The notes under the pieces: generated by a model | Told to the model about the DNA's origin: nothing | The model's database searches: none | Seen by the model: only the letters and a program-made list of their open reading frames with translations | Part shown: one piece after another, positions 1 to 8,863 of the stretch | Position numbering within the stretch: position 1 is the stretch's first letter | Layout: every line of letters begins with the position of its first letter | Assembly: GCA_003136555.1 (NCBI GenBank) | Contig: PLEW01000056.1 | Location: forward strand, 25,716-89,715 | Source: Planctomycetota bacterium | Lineage (GTDB): Bacteria; Planctomycetota; UBA11346 | DNA: 64,000 nucleotides | Direction of reading: 5' to 3' | Position numbers and translations under genes: made by a program

Positions 1-1084
1 CGCCGGTGAGGGAGCCGCGGACGTCATAGGACCAGCTCTTGCCATCGTCGGCGACCTTGGTGATGGTCAGCGTCCAATCTTCGGTTCTCAGCGGTGCCTC
101 ATGGTCGACCCGGGTGAGGAATAGGGCCGACCAGGGACCGGGCTTGGACCTGGTGATGGCATGGCATTCGGCGAACTCGGACGGCTTCTTGCCGTCGATG
201 AGGAAGGTCGCCTTGACGGCGGCAGGTGCGCTCCCACCGATGACATCGATGCGGTTGCCGTCGACCTCGAGCTTCAGGTGGTGGCCGGTGAAAGACGCCG
301 CCGTGCCCACCGCGATGTCCTTCACCAGATCCTGCCAGGCATCGTGCGGGAGTTCCGGGCGGTAGACGAGGTAGCGGGAGATGATCGAGGACATCACGAA
401 GCAGCCATAATCGTTGAGGTGCACACCGTCCTTCAGCAGCGCCTTCGGCTCGAGCGTGTTCGCCTTCAGGTAATCGACCCAGGCGGTGCGCACATCGCAC
501 AGTCCGCAACCGTAGCGCTTGGCATAATCGGGGAGGAAGACGTGGTTCATCAAGTGGCTCCACCACGCCCCATGATCCTGCTTGTCCAGGCGCTTGAGGT
601 CGTCGTCGGTGGTGATCACGGCCGGCCAGGTGTTGGCATGATCGGTCTGCATCAGGATCTCGGTCGTGGTCCGGCTGCGTGCCGAGCGGATGATGTCCTC
701 GTACTCCTTGTTCGCGCCGTAGACATGGAAGATCAGCAGATCGGGGTAGAAGGGATAGAGATCGTGCTCCGCCGGCTTCACCAGCAGCTGGGCGGCGAAG
801 CCGCCGATAGCGCGATTCTCTATCTCGAGGTCGGCGTCGGGGAAGCGCTTGCGCAGATCGTCGGCGACCATCTTCGACCACGGCTGTTCAGTGATCGATT
901 GCCCGTAGAAGAGCACGCGGACATGGTGGTGCTGTGAGGGGGTGCTGGTTGCCAACAGGGTCATGGTGCGCTGGATGCCCAGGCCCAGGGCGGCCGGATC
1001 GGCAGGTGGTTGGATCGGCGGGTAATCCGCGGCGCTGCAGGCGAGCATGCCGGCCAGGATCAGCGACCAGGAACGGATCAGCAT
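1..1084 (-). CDS. Secreted SGNH/GDSL-family hydrolase (5' portion; gene runs past the window start)
   Basis: The gene is absent from the ORF track because it runs off the window edge. Manual translation of the minus strand from ATG 1084..1082 gives MLIRSWSLILAGMLACSAADYPP (signal peptide). This is followed by VLFYGQSITEQ (block I Ser), NRAIGG (block II Gly) and DGVHLN (block V Asp-x-x-His). Track ORFs 99..881(-) and 161..937(+) are shadow frames of this gene. Confidence 0.6.
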   Translation of the reverse strand, partial: MLIRSWSLILAGMLACSAADYPPIQPPADPAALGLGIQRTMTLLATSTPSQHHHVRVLFYGQSITEQPWSKMVADDLRKRFPDADLEIENRAIGGFAAQLLVKPAEHDLYPFYPDLLIFHVYGANKEYEDIIRSARSRTTTEILMQTDHANTWPAVITTDDDLKRLDKQDHGAWWSHLMNHVFLPDYAKRYGCGLCDVRTAWVDYLKANTLEPKALLKDGVHLNDYGCFVMSSIISRYLVYRPELPHDAWQDLVKDIAVGTAASFTGHHLKLEVDGNRIDVIGGSAPAAVKATFLIDGKKPSEFAECHAITRSKPGPWSALFLTRVDHEAPLRTEDWTLTITKVADDGKSWSYDVRGSLTG

Positions 1085-1158
1085 GGGGAGGCCTTTCACG
1101 CCAGGGGGACGAGAGACAATACCGGCGAGGGTGGCTAATATTGAATCCTTTTGGAGAA

Positions 1159-1176
1159 TTCTAGAGATATCTAGAA
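1159..1176. promoter_or_regulatory. Perfect inverted repeat TTCTAGA-GATA-TCTAGAA in an AT-rich island upstream of the SGNH hydrolase gene; candidate operator
   Basis: Read directly from the sequence. The 7-bp arms are exact reverse complements with a 4-nt spacer. The repeat sits 75-90 nt upstream of ATG 1084 on the minus strand, in the only AT-rich stretch of the 1085..1328 intergenic region. Confidence 0.3.
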
Positions 1177-1328
1177 CAAGATGTTAGGACCTAGCTGCGG
1201 AAAAAAATTTAATGGTTTCAATCGCTCCACGTACATGCGCCAGCAGGGTACCACGGGTTTGCCCTGCGCGGCACGGTTCAGCCAGCGGACAGGGGACCTG
1301 CTGGGAGCGACCGGTCAGCTTCCATACG

Positions 1329-2552
1329 CTAGTGAGCGGCGGGATGCGCCAAGGCGGCGACGGCGGCATCCTGGAAGTCGCGGCGGATATCCGAGCCGTC
1401 GGAATTGGGGAAGTTCGAGCGCTGGACCAGGAGGATATAGGCACGCTTGGCGACCGGGTCGATCCAGGCCTGGGTGCCATAGGCACCCCCATGACCAAAG
1501 GAGCCTGGGGACAGCGCAGCGCTGACGCCCTGCGGTTGGCGGATGACGCACCAGCCGAAGCCCCAGCCGTTGCCGGGGGTGAATCCGGTCGCCAGGTCGC
1601 CGGTCTGGACCTGGGTCATCTGCGCCACCGAGCTGGGTGTGAGGTAGCGGTGCCCATCGAGCATCCCCTGGTGCAGGATCATCTGGCAGAACCGGCCATA
1701 GTCGCGCGCGGTCGAGAACAGCCCGCCATTGGCCAGCGGGACGCGATTGGGGATGGCTGGATCGAAGGGCAGCGGCAATGGGTGCAGACTCAGCTGGCCA
1801 TTGCTGACCTGGTAGGACTTGGCCAGGCGCTGGAGCTGCTCCGGAGTGGGGTAGAAGGTGGTGTCGACCATGCCCAGGGGCGCGAACAGCCGGTCACGCA
1901 GCTCGTCGGGCAGGGAATGGCCCGAGACCACCTCGATGATGCGCCCGAGGGTATTCAGGCCAGTTTGGCAGTACTGCCATTTGCTTCCCGGGACGAACTG
2001 CAGCGGCTTGTGGGCGAACAGCGGGATGAGCTCGGCGAGGGAGTGGGCATTCCGGCCTTCGTCGGCGGAGACCTCGGAGAGTCCGGAGGTGTGCGTCAGC
2101 AGATGCCGGAGGGTGAGGTTGCCGGGGCGGCCATCGGGAGTCTTCACGTCAGCGAACTCGGGGATGTACTTCGCCACTGGCTCGTCGACCGACAACTTGC
2201 CTTCCTCCTGCAGCATCATCACCACGCTGGCGGTGATCGGCTTGGTCATTGAGGCGATCCAGAACAGCGCATCGGAGTGCATCGGTGTGGCGGCCGCAAG
2301 ATCGCTGTCGCCTACGGCGCTCAGATGCAGGATGCGATCCGGATCGACCACCAGGGTCACGGCTCCCGCGACCTCGTGGCGCTGCACCGCCTGCTGCATC
2401 GCGGCGCTGATGCGTGCCTGGTCGACTGAGGGCTCGGGTTGGCGGCGTGCCGTCTCCATGCATCCGAGCATACCGCCGATGAGGGCGCTGAGGAGCAGGG
2501 GGGTGCGCAGGGCGGGGCGCTGGCGGGTGGGACGACGGGCGGGCATGGGCAT
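1329..2552 (-). CDS. Serine hydrolase, class C beta-lactamase/PBP-related, probable lipoprotein
   Basis: Track ORF 1329..2858. It has the Ser-x-x-Lys motif (WIASMTKPITA) and the length of the beta-lactamase family. I trimmed the start to ATG 2552 (MPMPARRP...LLLSALIGGMLGC, lipobox-like). The upstream ~100 codons are Arg/Pro-rich and overlap the divergent regulator's promoter region. Confidence 0.85.
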   Translation of the reverse strand: MPMPARRPTRQRPALRTPLLLSALIGGMLGCMETARRQPEPSVDQARISAAMQQAVQRHEVAGAVTLVVDPDRILHLSAVGDSDLAAATPMHSDALFWIASMTKPITASVVMMLQEEGKLSVDEPVAKYIPEFADVKTPDGRPGNLTLRHLLTHTSGLSEVSADEGRNAHSLAELIPLFAHKPLQFVPGSKWQYCQTGLNTLGRIIEVVSGHSLPDELRDRLFAPLGMVDTTFYPTPEQLQRLAKSYQVSNGQLSLHPLPLPFDPAIPNRVPLANGGLFSTARDYGRFCQMILHQGMLDGHRYLTPSSVAQMTQVQTGDLATGFTPGNGWGFGWCVIRQPQGVSAALSPGSFGHGGAYGTQAWIDPVAKRAYILLVQRSNFPNSDGSDIRRDFQDAAVAALAHPAAH

Positions 2553-2757
2553 CCTGGGTCGGGGAGGTGGCCGAGGTGGCGCAGGGAGCCTAGGCACCAT
2601 GTGCCGCATCCGGCAGCGATCTGGCCACCTGGACAGCACGTACCTGACACGCTGTCGCTCCCGGGCTCGTGAGGCCGATCCACGACGGGGCAGGCAGTGG
2701 AGCCGTGGAAGTGTGCTCGCCATTGCGCTACCTGCGAGCGACCTGTAATTTCGTCGC

Positions 2758-3651
2758 ATGGCCGCACCCTCCTGGTCGCCGATTCCGGCTGGTGAGGCGT
2801 TGGTCGCCAACCGCTTCCATGCGGGTGCGCAGTGGCGCACCTGGCGGCCGCATGGCACCAGTGATTGGGAAATCCTCGTGAGCGATCGCGGTGCCGGCCG
2901 CTTCGGCGGACCGGGCGGCGATCTTGAGGCTGGCCCTGAGCGGGTGGTGCTGCTGCGTCCGGGGGTGGTGCATGATTATGGCCCTGCCCAGGGAGTGCGG
3001 CAGTGGAGCGTCGCCTGGGTGCACTTCCAGCCCCGCGATGAATGGCTCGAACTGCTCGCATGGCCCGAGATGGCGCCCGGGATCATGGTCATCGAGGTGG
3101 CGGATGTCCAGGAGCGCCAGCGGGTGCTGGCGCTCCTGGATGAGATCGCGGCGATCCAGCGCAGTCCGCACCGCAATCGCCGCCGTTTAGCCGCGAACCT
3201 GCTGGAGCAGATCCTGCTGCGCCTCGATGCCTACCATCCGCATGCCGGCCAGCGGCGCGACCGCCGCATCGCCACCGTGGTCGAGCGCATCCTGCGCGGC
3301 GAGGGTCGGCGGGAACTCCTCGCCCGCGCCGTCGGACTGTCGCCATCGCGCCTGTCGCATCTGTTCCAGCGCGAGATGGGGATGTCGCTGCCGGCCTTCC
3401 GGGAAGGACTGCGCATGGAGCGGGCGGCGCTGCTGCTCGACAGCACCGCCGAGAGCATCGCCTCGGTCGCGACCGCCTGCGGGTATGACGACCCCTTCTA
3501 TTTCAGCAATCGCTTCCGCCGCGCCAAAGGCATGTCACCGCGTGCATGGCGGGCCCGCCCCGACAGCCGCTATACCGGCGAGGAACCGCCGTCATCGGGC
3601 TGGAGCGGCACGCGACCGCCGCCGCGGCGAGAGAAAATCACAGGTCGGTAG
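2758..3651 (+). CDS. AraC-family transcriptional regulator (cupin-like sensor + HTH)
   Basis: C-terminal AraC HTH signature: LSPSRLSHLFQREMGMSLPAFREGLRMERAALLL...GYDDPFYFSNRFRRAKGMSPRAWR. It is divergent from 1329..2552. Confidence 0.85.
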   Translation: MAAPSWSPIPAGEALVANRFHAGAQWRTWRPHGTSDWEILVSDRGAGRFGGPGGDLEAGPERVVLLRPGVVHDYGPAQGVRQWSVAWVHFQPRDEWLELLAWPEMAPGIMVIEVADVQERQRVLALLDEIAAIQRSPHRNRRRLAANLLEQILLRLDAYHPHAGQRRDRRIATVVERILRGEGRRELLARAVGLSPSRLSHLFQREMGMSLPAFREGLRMERAALLLDSTAESIASVATACGYDDPFYFSNRFRRAKGMSPRAWRARPDSRYTGEEPPSSGWSGTRPPPRREKITGR

Positions 3652-3722
3652 CACGCGGTCCAATGGCTGACGGCTTCCGGGTTGCATGATGCGGACCAGT
3701 TCACCCGTTCACCGAGAATGCC

Positions 3723-4730
3723 ATGATGATGCATCCACTGCGCCTGTCGCTTCTCGCCGTGTCGATTTCCTGCGCTGACGCAGCAGACAGAGCTGGGCAA
3801 GCTCCGGCAGCGGAGCCGGCGACGCCAGCGCTGCTGGACAATCCGCAGGCGCCGCTCTCGCTGGCGGCCTATCGCGTCTTCGCCGACGAGTTCGATGCCC
3901 CGCCGGATGCAGCTCCCGATGGCCATGATGACCAGGATCGGATCGCGCACTGGCGTACCTCCCTGTGGTTCGGCTCCGGCTACCATCGTCAGGGTGGGGG
4001 GCAGGGCTACTATGCCGACACCTCCACCCGTACGGTGTGGAGTTCCAGCACGGTGTGCTATGACGCCTTCTCGGTCGATAAGGGGGTGCTGTCGATCACC
4101 GCGACGCATCATCCGCAGCCGATCCCGGGATTCGCCAACCTGCACTACGTCACCGGCCTGTTGTCGACCATCGACAGTTTCTGGATCGACTATGGCTATG
4201 TCGAGGTGCGCCTCAAGTGCCCTGCGGCACCCGGGTGCTGGACGGCCTTCTTCATGTACCCGGCAGATGACTACTTCAACCGTCCGTCAGCGCAGTACAC
4301 CAAATGGGAGATGGACTTCCTCGAGATCCTCGGCAGCGGGATCGATCGGCTGCATGTGACCACGCATGAGCGGGCTGAGCCGCACGCCAAGAACAGCGGC
4401 GATGAGAGCGTGATTGCCACCGGGCGCAACGACGACGACTTCCATGTCTTCGGCTTCGACAAGCGGCCTGGAGTGGTGGAGGTGTGGCGCGATGGCGTCC
4501 ATCTGCTCTCGAAGCCGACGACGCCACGCATGACCTCCGCCGGCTATCTGTGCCTGGTGCTGGATGTCGGGACCGATGGCGGCTGGGCCGGTACGCCCGT
4601 CTCCGGCCAATTCCCGCAGGTACTGCAGGTTGATTACGTCCGCGCCTATCGCACCTCGGCCACCAGCGTCGTGGGTGGTCCAGCGTCGAGCATGCAGCTG
4701 GGCCAGGTGCGCACCGACGGTCAGCGGTGA
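3723..4730 (+). CDS. Secreted glycoside hydrolase family 16 (beta-glucanase-like)
   Basis: Signal peptide MMMHPLRLSLLAVSISCADA. GH16 catalytic motif E-x-D-x-x-E (KWEMDFLEILG) and the preceding CWTAFFMYP strand. Confidence 0.75.
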   Translation: MMMHPLRLSLLAVSISCADAADRAGQAPAAEPATPALLDNPQAPLSLAAYRVFADEFDAPPDAAPDGHDDQDRIAHWRTSLWFGSGYHRQGGGQGYYADTSTRTVWSSSTVCYDAFSVDKGVLSITATHHPQPIPGFANLHYVTGLLSTIDSFWIDYGYVEVRLKCPAAPGCWTAFFMYPADDYFNRPSAQYTKWEMDFLEILGSGIDRLHVTTHERAEPHAKNSGDESVIATGRNDDDFHVFGFDKRPGVVEVWRDGVHLLSKPTTPRMTSAGYLCLVLDVGTDGGWAGTPVSGQFPQVLQVDYVRAYRTSATSVVGGPASSMQLGQVRTDGQR

Positions 4731-4800
4731 GTTGAGCGTCCATTTCTTGGCGGATGCCGGTGCTCCGGCCAGTGTTCGCATCGGCACGGCCAGCGGGAGC

Positions 4801-6822
4801 CTATTTCAGGCGGAAATGCTCGACCTGCTCCTGCAGATCGCGTGACATGCGCAGCAGGCTGCTGGCCGTCGACTGGGTCTCGCCTGCGCTCTGGGTTGTA
4901 TTCTTCGCTGCGAGCGCGACGCCGATGATGGTCTTGGCGATGTCGGCGCTGCCGGAGGAAGCGGTGCTGACATTACCGGCGACATCGGTGGCGATATGCG
5001 ACTGCTGCTCGACTGCGGCGGCGATGTTCTGCTGCAGATCGTTGATGCGGGATATCACCCCGGCGATGCGGGTGATCGCGGCGATGGCATCCCGGCTGTT
5101 GGATTGCAGCTCCTGCACGCGCTGGTCGATCTCCTGTGCGGCCTCACCGGAGCCCTTCGCCAACGATTTGACCTCATTGGCGACCACGGCGAATCCCACG
5201 CCAGCGGCTCCTGCCCGAGCAGCCTCGATATGGGCGTTGAGCGCCAGGAGGTTGGTCTGGTCGGCGATCTCGCTGACCAGCTTGACCACGGTGCCGATCT
5301 CATTGCTGGCGACCACCAGCTTGGCGACCGTGTCATTGGTGATTTTGGTGATATTCACCGCATCGATGGCCACCTGGGCGGCATCCATGGCGTTGCGCGC
5401 GATGTCCTTGATGCTGGAATTCAGGGCATCGACTTGCTGGGCAGCATTCTGCACGTGGCTGGAGATTGCCGCCGAGGCGGTCGAGACCGATTCCGAGCGG
5501 GTGCTGGTCTGCTCGGCGTCCCCGCCCATGCGGTTGCTCAGCGCCATGAGCTGGCTCGCCGCAGCGGCCAGCTGGGCGGCATTCGCGCCGAATGACGTCA
5601 TGGTGGTGCGCAGGCTGTCGACCAGCTGATTGCAAGCGTCATTGAGTTTGGCGATCTCATCCCGGCCGGTGATGGTCAGATGTGCGGTGAGATCACCTGT
5701 CGAGATCCGGGTGACCATCGCCATGGTCTGGTGCAGTGGCCGCACGATGGAGCGCGATATCAACAGGGTGGCGATCAGCAGCATGACGCCGGCAATGATC
5801 TCGAGGGTGATCATGAAGGTCCGCAGCTCATGCGCGCTCTTCAGCATCATCTGCGCCTCGACCCGCGCCAGCACCGCCCAGTTGAAACCCGGGAAATTCC
5901 CCGATCCAGTCGAGGTGGCATAGCCGACCACCTGCGAGATGCCGCGTTCATTGGCCTCCTGATCGCTGCCACTGGCGCCCTTGATCGCCGCAATCGCGGC
6001 CTTGAGGCCATTGCGGGCGAGATTGGCATGGAAGATCATCTCGGGGTCGTAGGCATCGATGACCAGCCCATCCTTGTTGATGACCTGGAAATCCGAGGGC
6101 ATCTCGATGGTCGAACGGGTATCGGAGATGATCGCTGAGACGGTGCGCTTGAGCGAGATCCACCCGGCCAGGACGCGTACCAATGCGCCATCGCTGTCGC
6201 ACACCCGAGCCGAGAAGATCACGCTCAGGCCATTGCCGCCGCTGGAAGCGGCGACCAGCGCATCGAGTTTGGCATCGCCGCAGAAGCAAGCATCGTCCTC
6301 GATCTTGCCAGTGGCAGCCTCGCTGAACCATGGCTGATCCTTGACGCTGGTGCCGATGAGCGCCCCGCTCTTCAGGGGCTTTCCGCGATAGTCCGCGGTA
6401 TTGACGGCGAGAACGGTCCCCGCCTTGTCGGCAACCACCAGCAGGTCGAAGGTGCCGAGGGACTTGACTTGGCGGTCCAACAGCGCCGTCAGCGGCGCTG
6501 CGTCGCCCTGGATGGTGGGGATCGCTGCGCTGGCCAGCACCTGGCCATAGGCGCTGGCGAGCTCGCGATCGATAGCGGCCATGGCGTCCTGGGCGCGCGA
6601 TTCGAGCTGCGAACCTGCACCGATGAGGAGCTGCTCACGATTATGGCGGTCGGCCAGCAATCCCATGATCAACAGCGGGAGCAGGCCTAGAGCGAGGAAC
6701 AGCACCACCAGCTTGGTGCGCAGGCTGCGGAAGCGGATGATGAATATCCGGTCGCAGACCAGGTCGAATGCCACCAGCGCGCTGGTGGCAAGTGCGGCGA
6801 TGCGTCTGAAAGTCGTGCGCAT
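4801..6822 (-). CDS. Methyl-accepting chemotaxis protein with dCache-like periplasmic sensor and HAMP
   Basis: Two TM segments flank a ~270-aa Cache-like region. The MCP signalling hairpin is conserved: [33 protein letters not shown]. Confidence 0.9.
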   Translation of the reverse strand: MRTTFRRIAALATSALVAFDLVCDRIFIIRFRSLRTKLVVLFLALGLLPLLIMGLLADRHNREQLLIGAGSQLESRAQDAMAAIDRELASAYGQVLASAAIPTIQGDAAPLTALLDRQVKSLGTFDLLVVADKAGTVLAVNTADYRGKPLKSGALIGTSVKDQPWFSEAATGKIEDDACFCGDAKLDALVAASSGGNGLSVIFSARVCDSDGALVRVLAGWISLKRTVSAIISDTRSTIEMPSDFQVINKDGLVIDAYDPEMIFHANLARNGLKAAIAAIKGASGSDQEANERGISQVVGYATSTGSGNFPGFNWAVLARVEAQMMLKSAHELRTFMITLEIIAGVMLLIATLLISRSIVRPLHQTMAMVTRISTGDLTAHLTITGRDEIAKLNDACNQLVDSLRTTMTSFGANAAQLAAAASQLMALSNRMGGDAEQTSTRSESVSTASAAISSHVQNAAQQVDALNSSIKDIARNAMDAAQVAIDAVNITKITNDTVAKLVVASNEIGTVVKLVSEIADQTNLLALNAHIEAARAGAAGVGFAVVANEVKSLAKGSGEAAQEIDQRVQELQSNSRDAIAAITRIAGVISRINDLQQNIAAAVEQQSHIATDVAGNVSTASSGSADIAKTIIGVALAAKNTTQSAGETQSTASSLLRMSRDLQEQVEHFRLK

Positions 6823-6845
6823 GTCTCATAGGCGGACCGGGCCGC

Positions 6846-7346
6846 TCACTCCTTGAGCAGGTATCCGGCATCTCCCGGCTTCTTGCCGTCGATGGTGATG
6901 ATCTTGACTGCCGGGGTGACATCCTTGGCATTGATGATGGCGACGGCGTTCGGCTTCTCCTCGACCAGTTTGAGCGCTACGCGGTTGGTGGCGTTCTTAG
7001 GCGCGCTGTTCATGTGATTCTGGAATACCTGCGAAGTCCAGTATTTCTTCAGCCCATCCGAATCGGTGCTATAGACCTTGCTGCACAGGATATCCTCTTC
7101 TTTCGAGCCCTCCTTGGGCATTATCAGGAAGACCTTGTCGCCGCCATCCCAGCTCTGCTTCTCGGCCTTGAGGATCTGGATGAGCGCATTCTGGCTCAGA
7201 TCGGTGACGGGTGACGCGGCATTGACGACCACGGCATAGTCGGCGGCGCCAAGAGGCGCGATGCACACCGCGAGCGCGGTCATGCTGACGTGGATGATCT
7301 TACGGGCACGGGTGCGCATGGTCTTCGTCTCCATGGGGAACTCCAT
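6846..7346 (-). CDS. Short periplasmic PstS/PBP_like_2-type substrate-binding-domain protein
   Basis: Signal peptide plus a ~130-aa domain (VVVNAASPVTDLSQNALIQILKAEKQSW, KKYWTSQVF, AVAIINAKDV) typical of short phosphate-binding-protein-like proteins. The ORF begins 2 nt after the porin stop. The true start may be ATG 7334 or 7319, each preceded by GGAG. Confidence 0.6.
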   Translation of the reverse strand: MEFPMETKTMRTRARKIIHVSMTALAVCIAPLGAADYAVVVNAASPVTDLSQNALIQILKAEKQSWDGGDKVFLIMPKEGSKEEDILCSKVYSTDSDGLKKYWTSQVFQNHMNSAPKNATNRVALKLVEEKPNAVAIINAKDVTPAVKIITIDGKKPGDAGYLLKE

Positions 7347-7348
7347 GA

Positions 7349-8656
7349 TCAGAATGCGAAGGAGGTCTGGACGGAGATGGTATTCTCGATCGCATTGCCG
7401 GAGACCAGGCTGTTCTCGATGTTGGTAGGCAGGGTATTGGGTCCTGGCAGGTAGCTCGAATGCCGGATGTGGTTGAACTGCAGCTTGATGGCATTGTACG
7501 AGCTCACATCCCAGCGGACGCCGACCGAATAGGTGCGGGCGCTATCGCGATAAGTCGGGAAGTAGTTGTTATCCTGCGAGATCTGCAGCACGTCGTAACG
7601 GAAGAACGGTGTCCAGTGGCCGATCTTGTAGCCGAACTGCCAGTAGTAGGCGAAGTCCTTGTCCTTCATGCCCTCTTCATTGCCATACAGGTTGTCGGTG
7701 CGTTCGTGGGTGAACTGGTAGATCTCGGCAAAGGTCTCGATCGGACCGTGCTTGTAGACGCCATACGCATTGACGATGGTCTCATGCAGGCCCCCGTGCA
7801 GTGGCGTGGTGCCGGCGATATAGTTGGGATCGGTGCCTTCTTCCGGGCTGATATGGTCGAAGTAGGCGCTCACGCCGATCTTGAGCCCGGGTATCGCCTG
7901 CGGACGCACCCCGAGATTGAAATTGGTCGCCTTGGGCACCTGGCTGCCGTAGTAGATCTCCGGTGGATCGGAGGTCGGACCGCGACCATTGCCGAATTGG
8001 AAGGACCAGTCGACCTCGAAGTCGCCGAAGTTGCGCAATCCGGCGAAGCTTATGCCGACTAGATGGGCTGGTATGATGCCGCCGCTGTCCTCGAAATTGA
8101 CCGCGAACGGCTTGGAAATCGCGGTATTCAGCCACTCGCCATGGTGGTACGTGTCGTTCCAGTAGCCGATGGATGTATGGAAGCGGCCGACTTGGATGTT
8201 GAGATCGTCGCCGAAATCGTACTTGATCAGCAGCCGTTCGACGTCCACTCCGAGTTGGTTGCTGTTATTGGACTCGAAAGCGGTCTCGGACAGGAAAGTG
8301 ATGTTCTGGCCCAGTCGGGCGTTCATGAAGATGTCGAACGCATCCTCCGAGAAGCTGTCGGCGGTATACCGCGGCGCTTGCCCAGGGCTTGTGGTCGGAG
8401 TGATCGATGATCCAACAAACTTGATGTCGCCGAAGCCCCGGATGACCAGGGTCGAGTCGGCATTGCTCGCCTTGGCATCGACGGCAGCGGTGAGGTCGTC
8501 GACGCGCTCCTTCAGTTCGGCGAGGTCCGCCTTGAGCTTGCCGACGTCATCCCCCGGAGCAGGCGCATCCTCGGCAGTGGCGAGTGACGGCACCAGCAGG
8601 GCGAGGACGCCGCCGATCAGGCCGATCCGCCAGGGGGTGATGAGAGAATGGTGCAT
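7349..8656 (-). CDS. Outer-membrane beta-barrel porin with N-terminal coiled coil
   Basis: Signal peptide and coiled coil KLKADLAELKERVDDLTAAVDAKA. The body has a Tyr/Gly/Asn-rich alternating strand pattern. It ends in VQTSFAF, the OMP terminal-Phe signature. Confidence 0.65.
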   Translation of the reverse strand: MHHSLITPWRIGLIGGVLALLVPSLATAEDAPAPGDDVGKLKADLAELKERVDDLTAAVDAKASNADSTLVIRGFGDIKFVGSSITPTTSPGQAPRYTADSFSEDAFDIFMNARLGQNITFLSETAFESNNSNQLGVDVERLLIKYDFGDDLNIQVGRFHTSIGYWNDTYHHGEWLNTAISKPFAVNFEDSGGIIPAHLVGISFAGLRNFGDFEVDWSFQFGNGRGPTSDPPEIYYGSQVPKATNFNLGVRPQAIPGLKIGVSAYFDHISPEEGTDPNYIAGTTPLHGGLHETIVNAYGVYKHGPIETFAEIYQFTHERTDNLYGNEEGMKDKDFAYYWQFGYKIGHWTPFFRYDVLQISQDNNYFPTYRDSARTYSVGVRWDVSSYNAIKLQFNHIRHSSYLPGPNTLPTNIENSLVSGNAIENTISVQTSFAF

Positions 8657-8863
8657 GGGTCGCTCCCGGGAACGATGATGGTAACTATAACCTCATAAAA
8701 TCGATCCTGTCAAATACCTTTCACGGCCATGACCTCAGGATCACGAGATGCGAACCGCCGGCGCTGACCGCAATAACAGCACGCCATGCCCAGACCGGAG
8801 CGTGGGTGGAGTCTTGCCGATTTCTTGAGCACTGTTCTGCGAATGAGGGCGCGGCTGTGCGCT

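Noticed and set aside
99-937. Track ORFs 99..881(-) (260 aa) and 161..937(+) (258 aa).
   Set aside because: Both are Arg/Gly/Asp-rich, low-complexity translations typical of off-frame shadows in high-GC DNA. A third minus-strand frame gives a coherent signal peptide plus SGNH hydrolase motifs and runs off the window edge.
1155-1176. Cluster of EcoRI/XbaI-like/EcoRV sites (GAATTCTAGAGATATCTAGAA) that resembles a cloning polylinker, suggesting vector contamination or an engineered scar.
   Set aside because: The flanks are continuous native intergenic sequence between two same-strand genes, with no vector backbone. The sequence is better explained as a natural palindromic operator.
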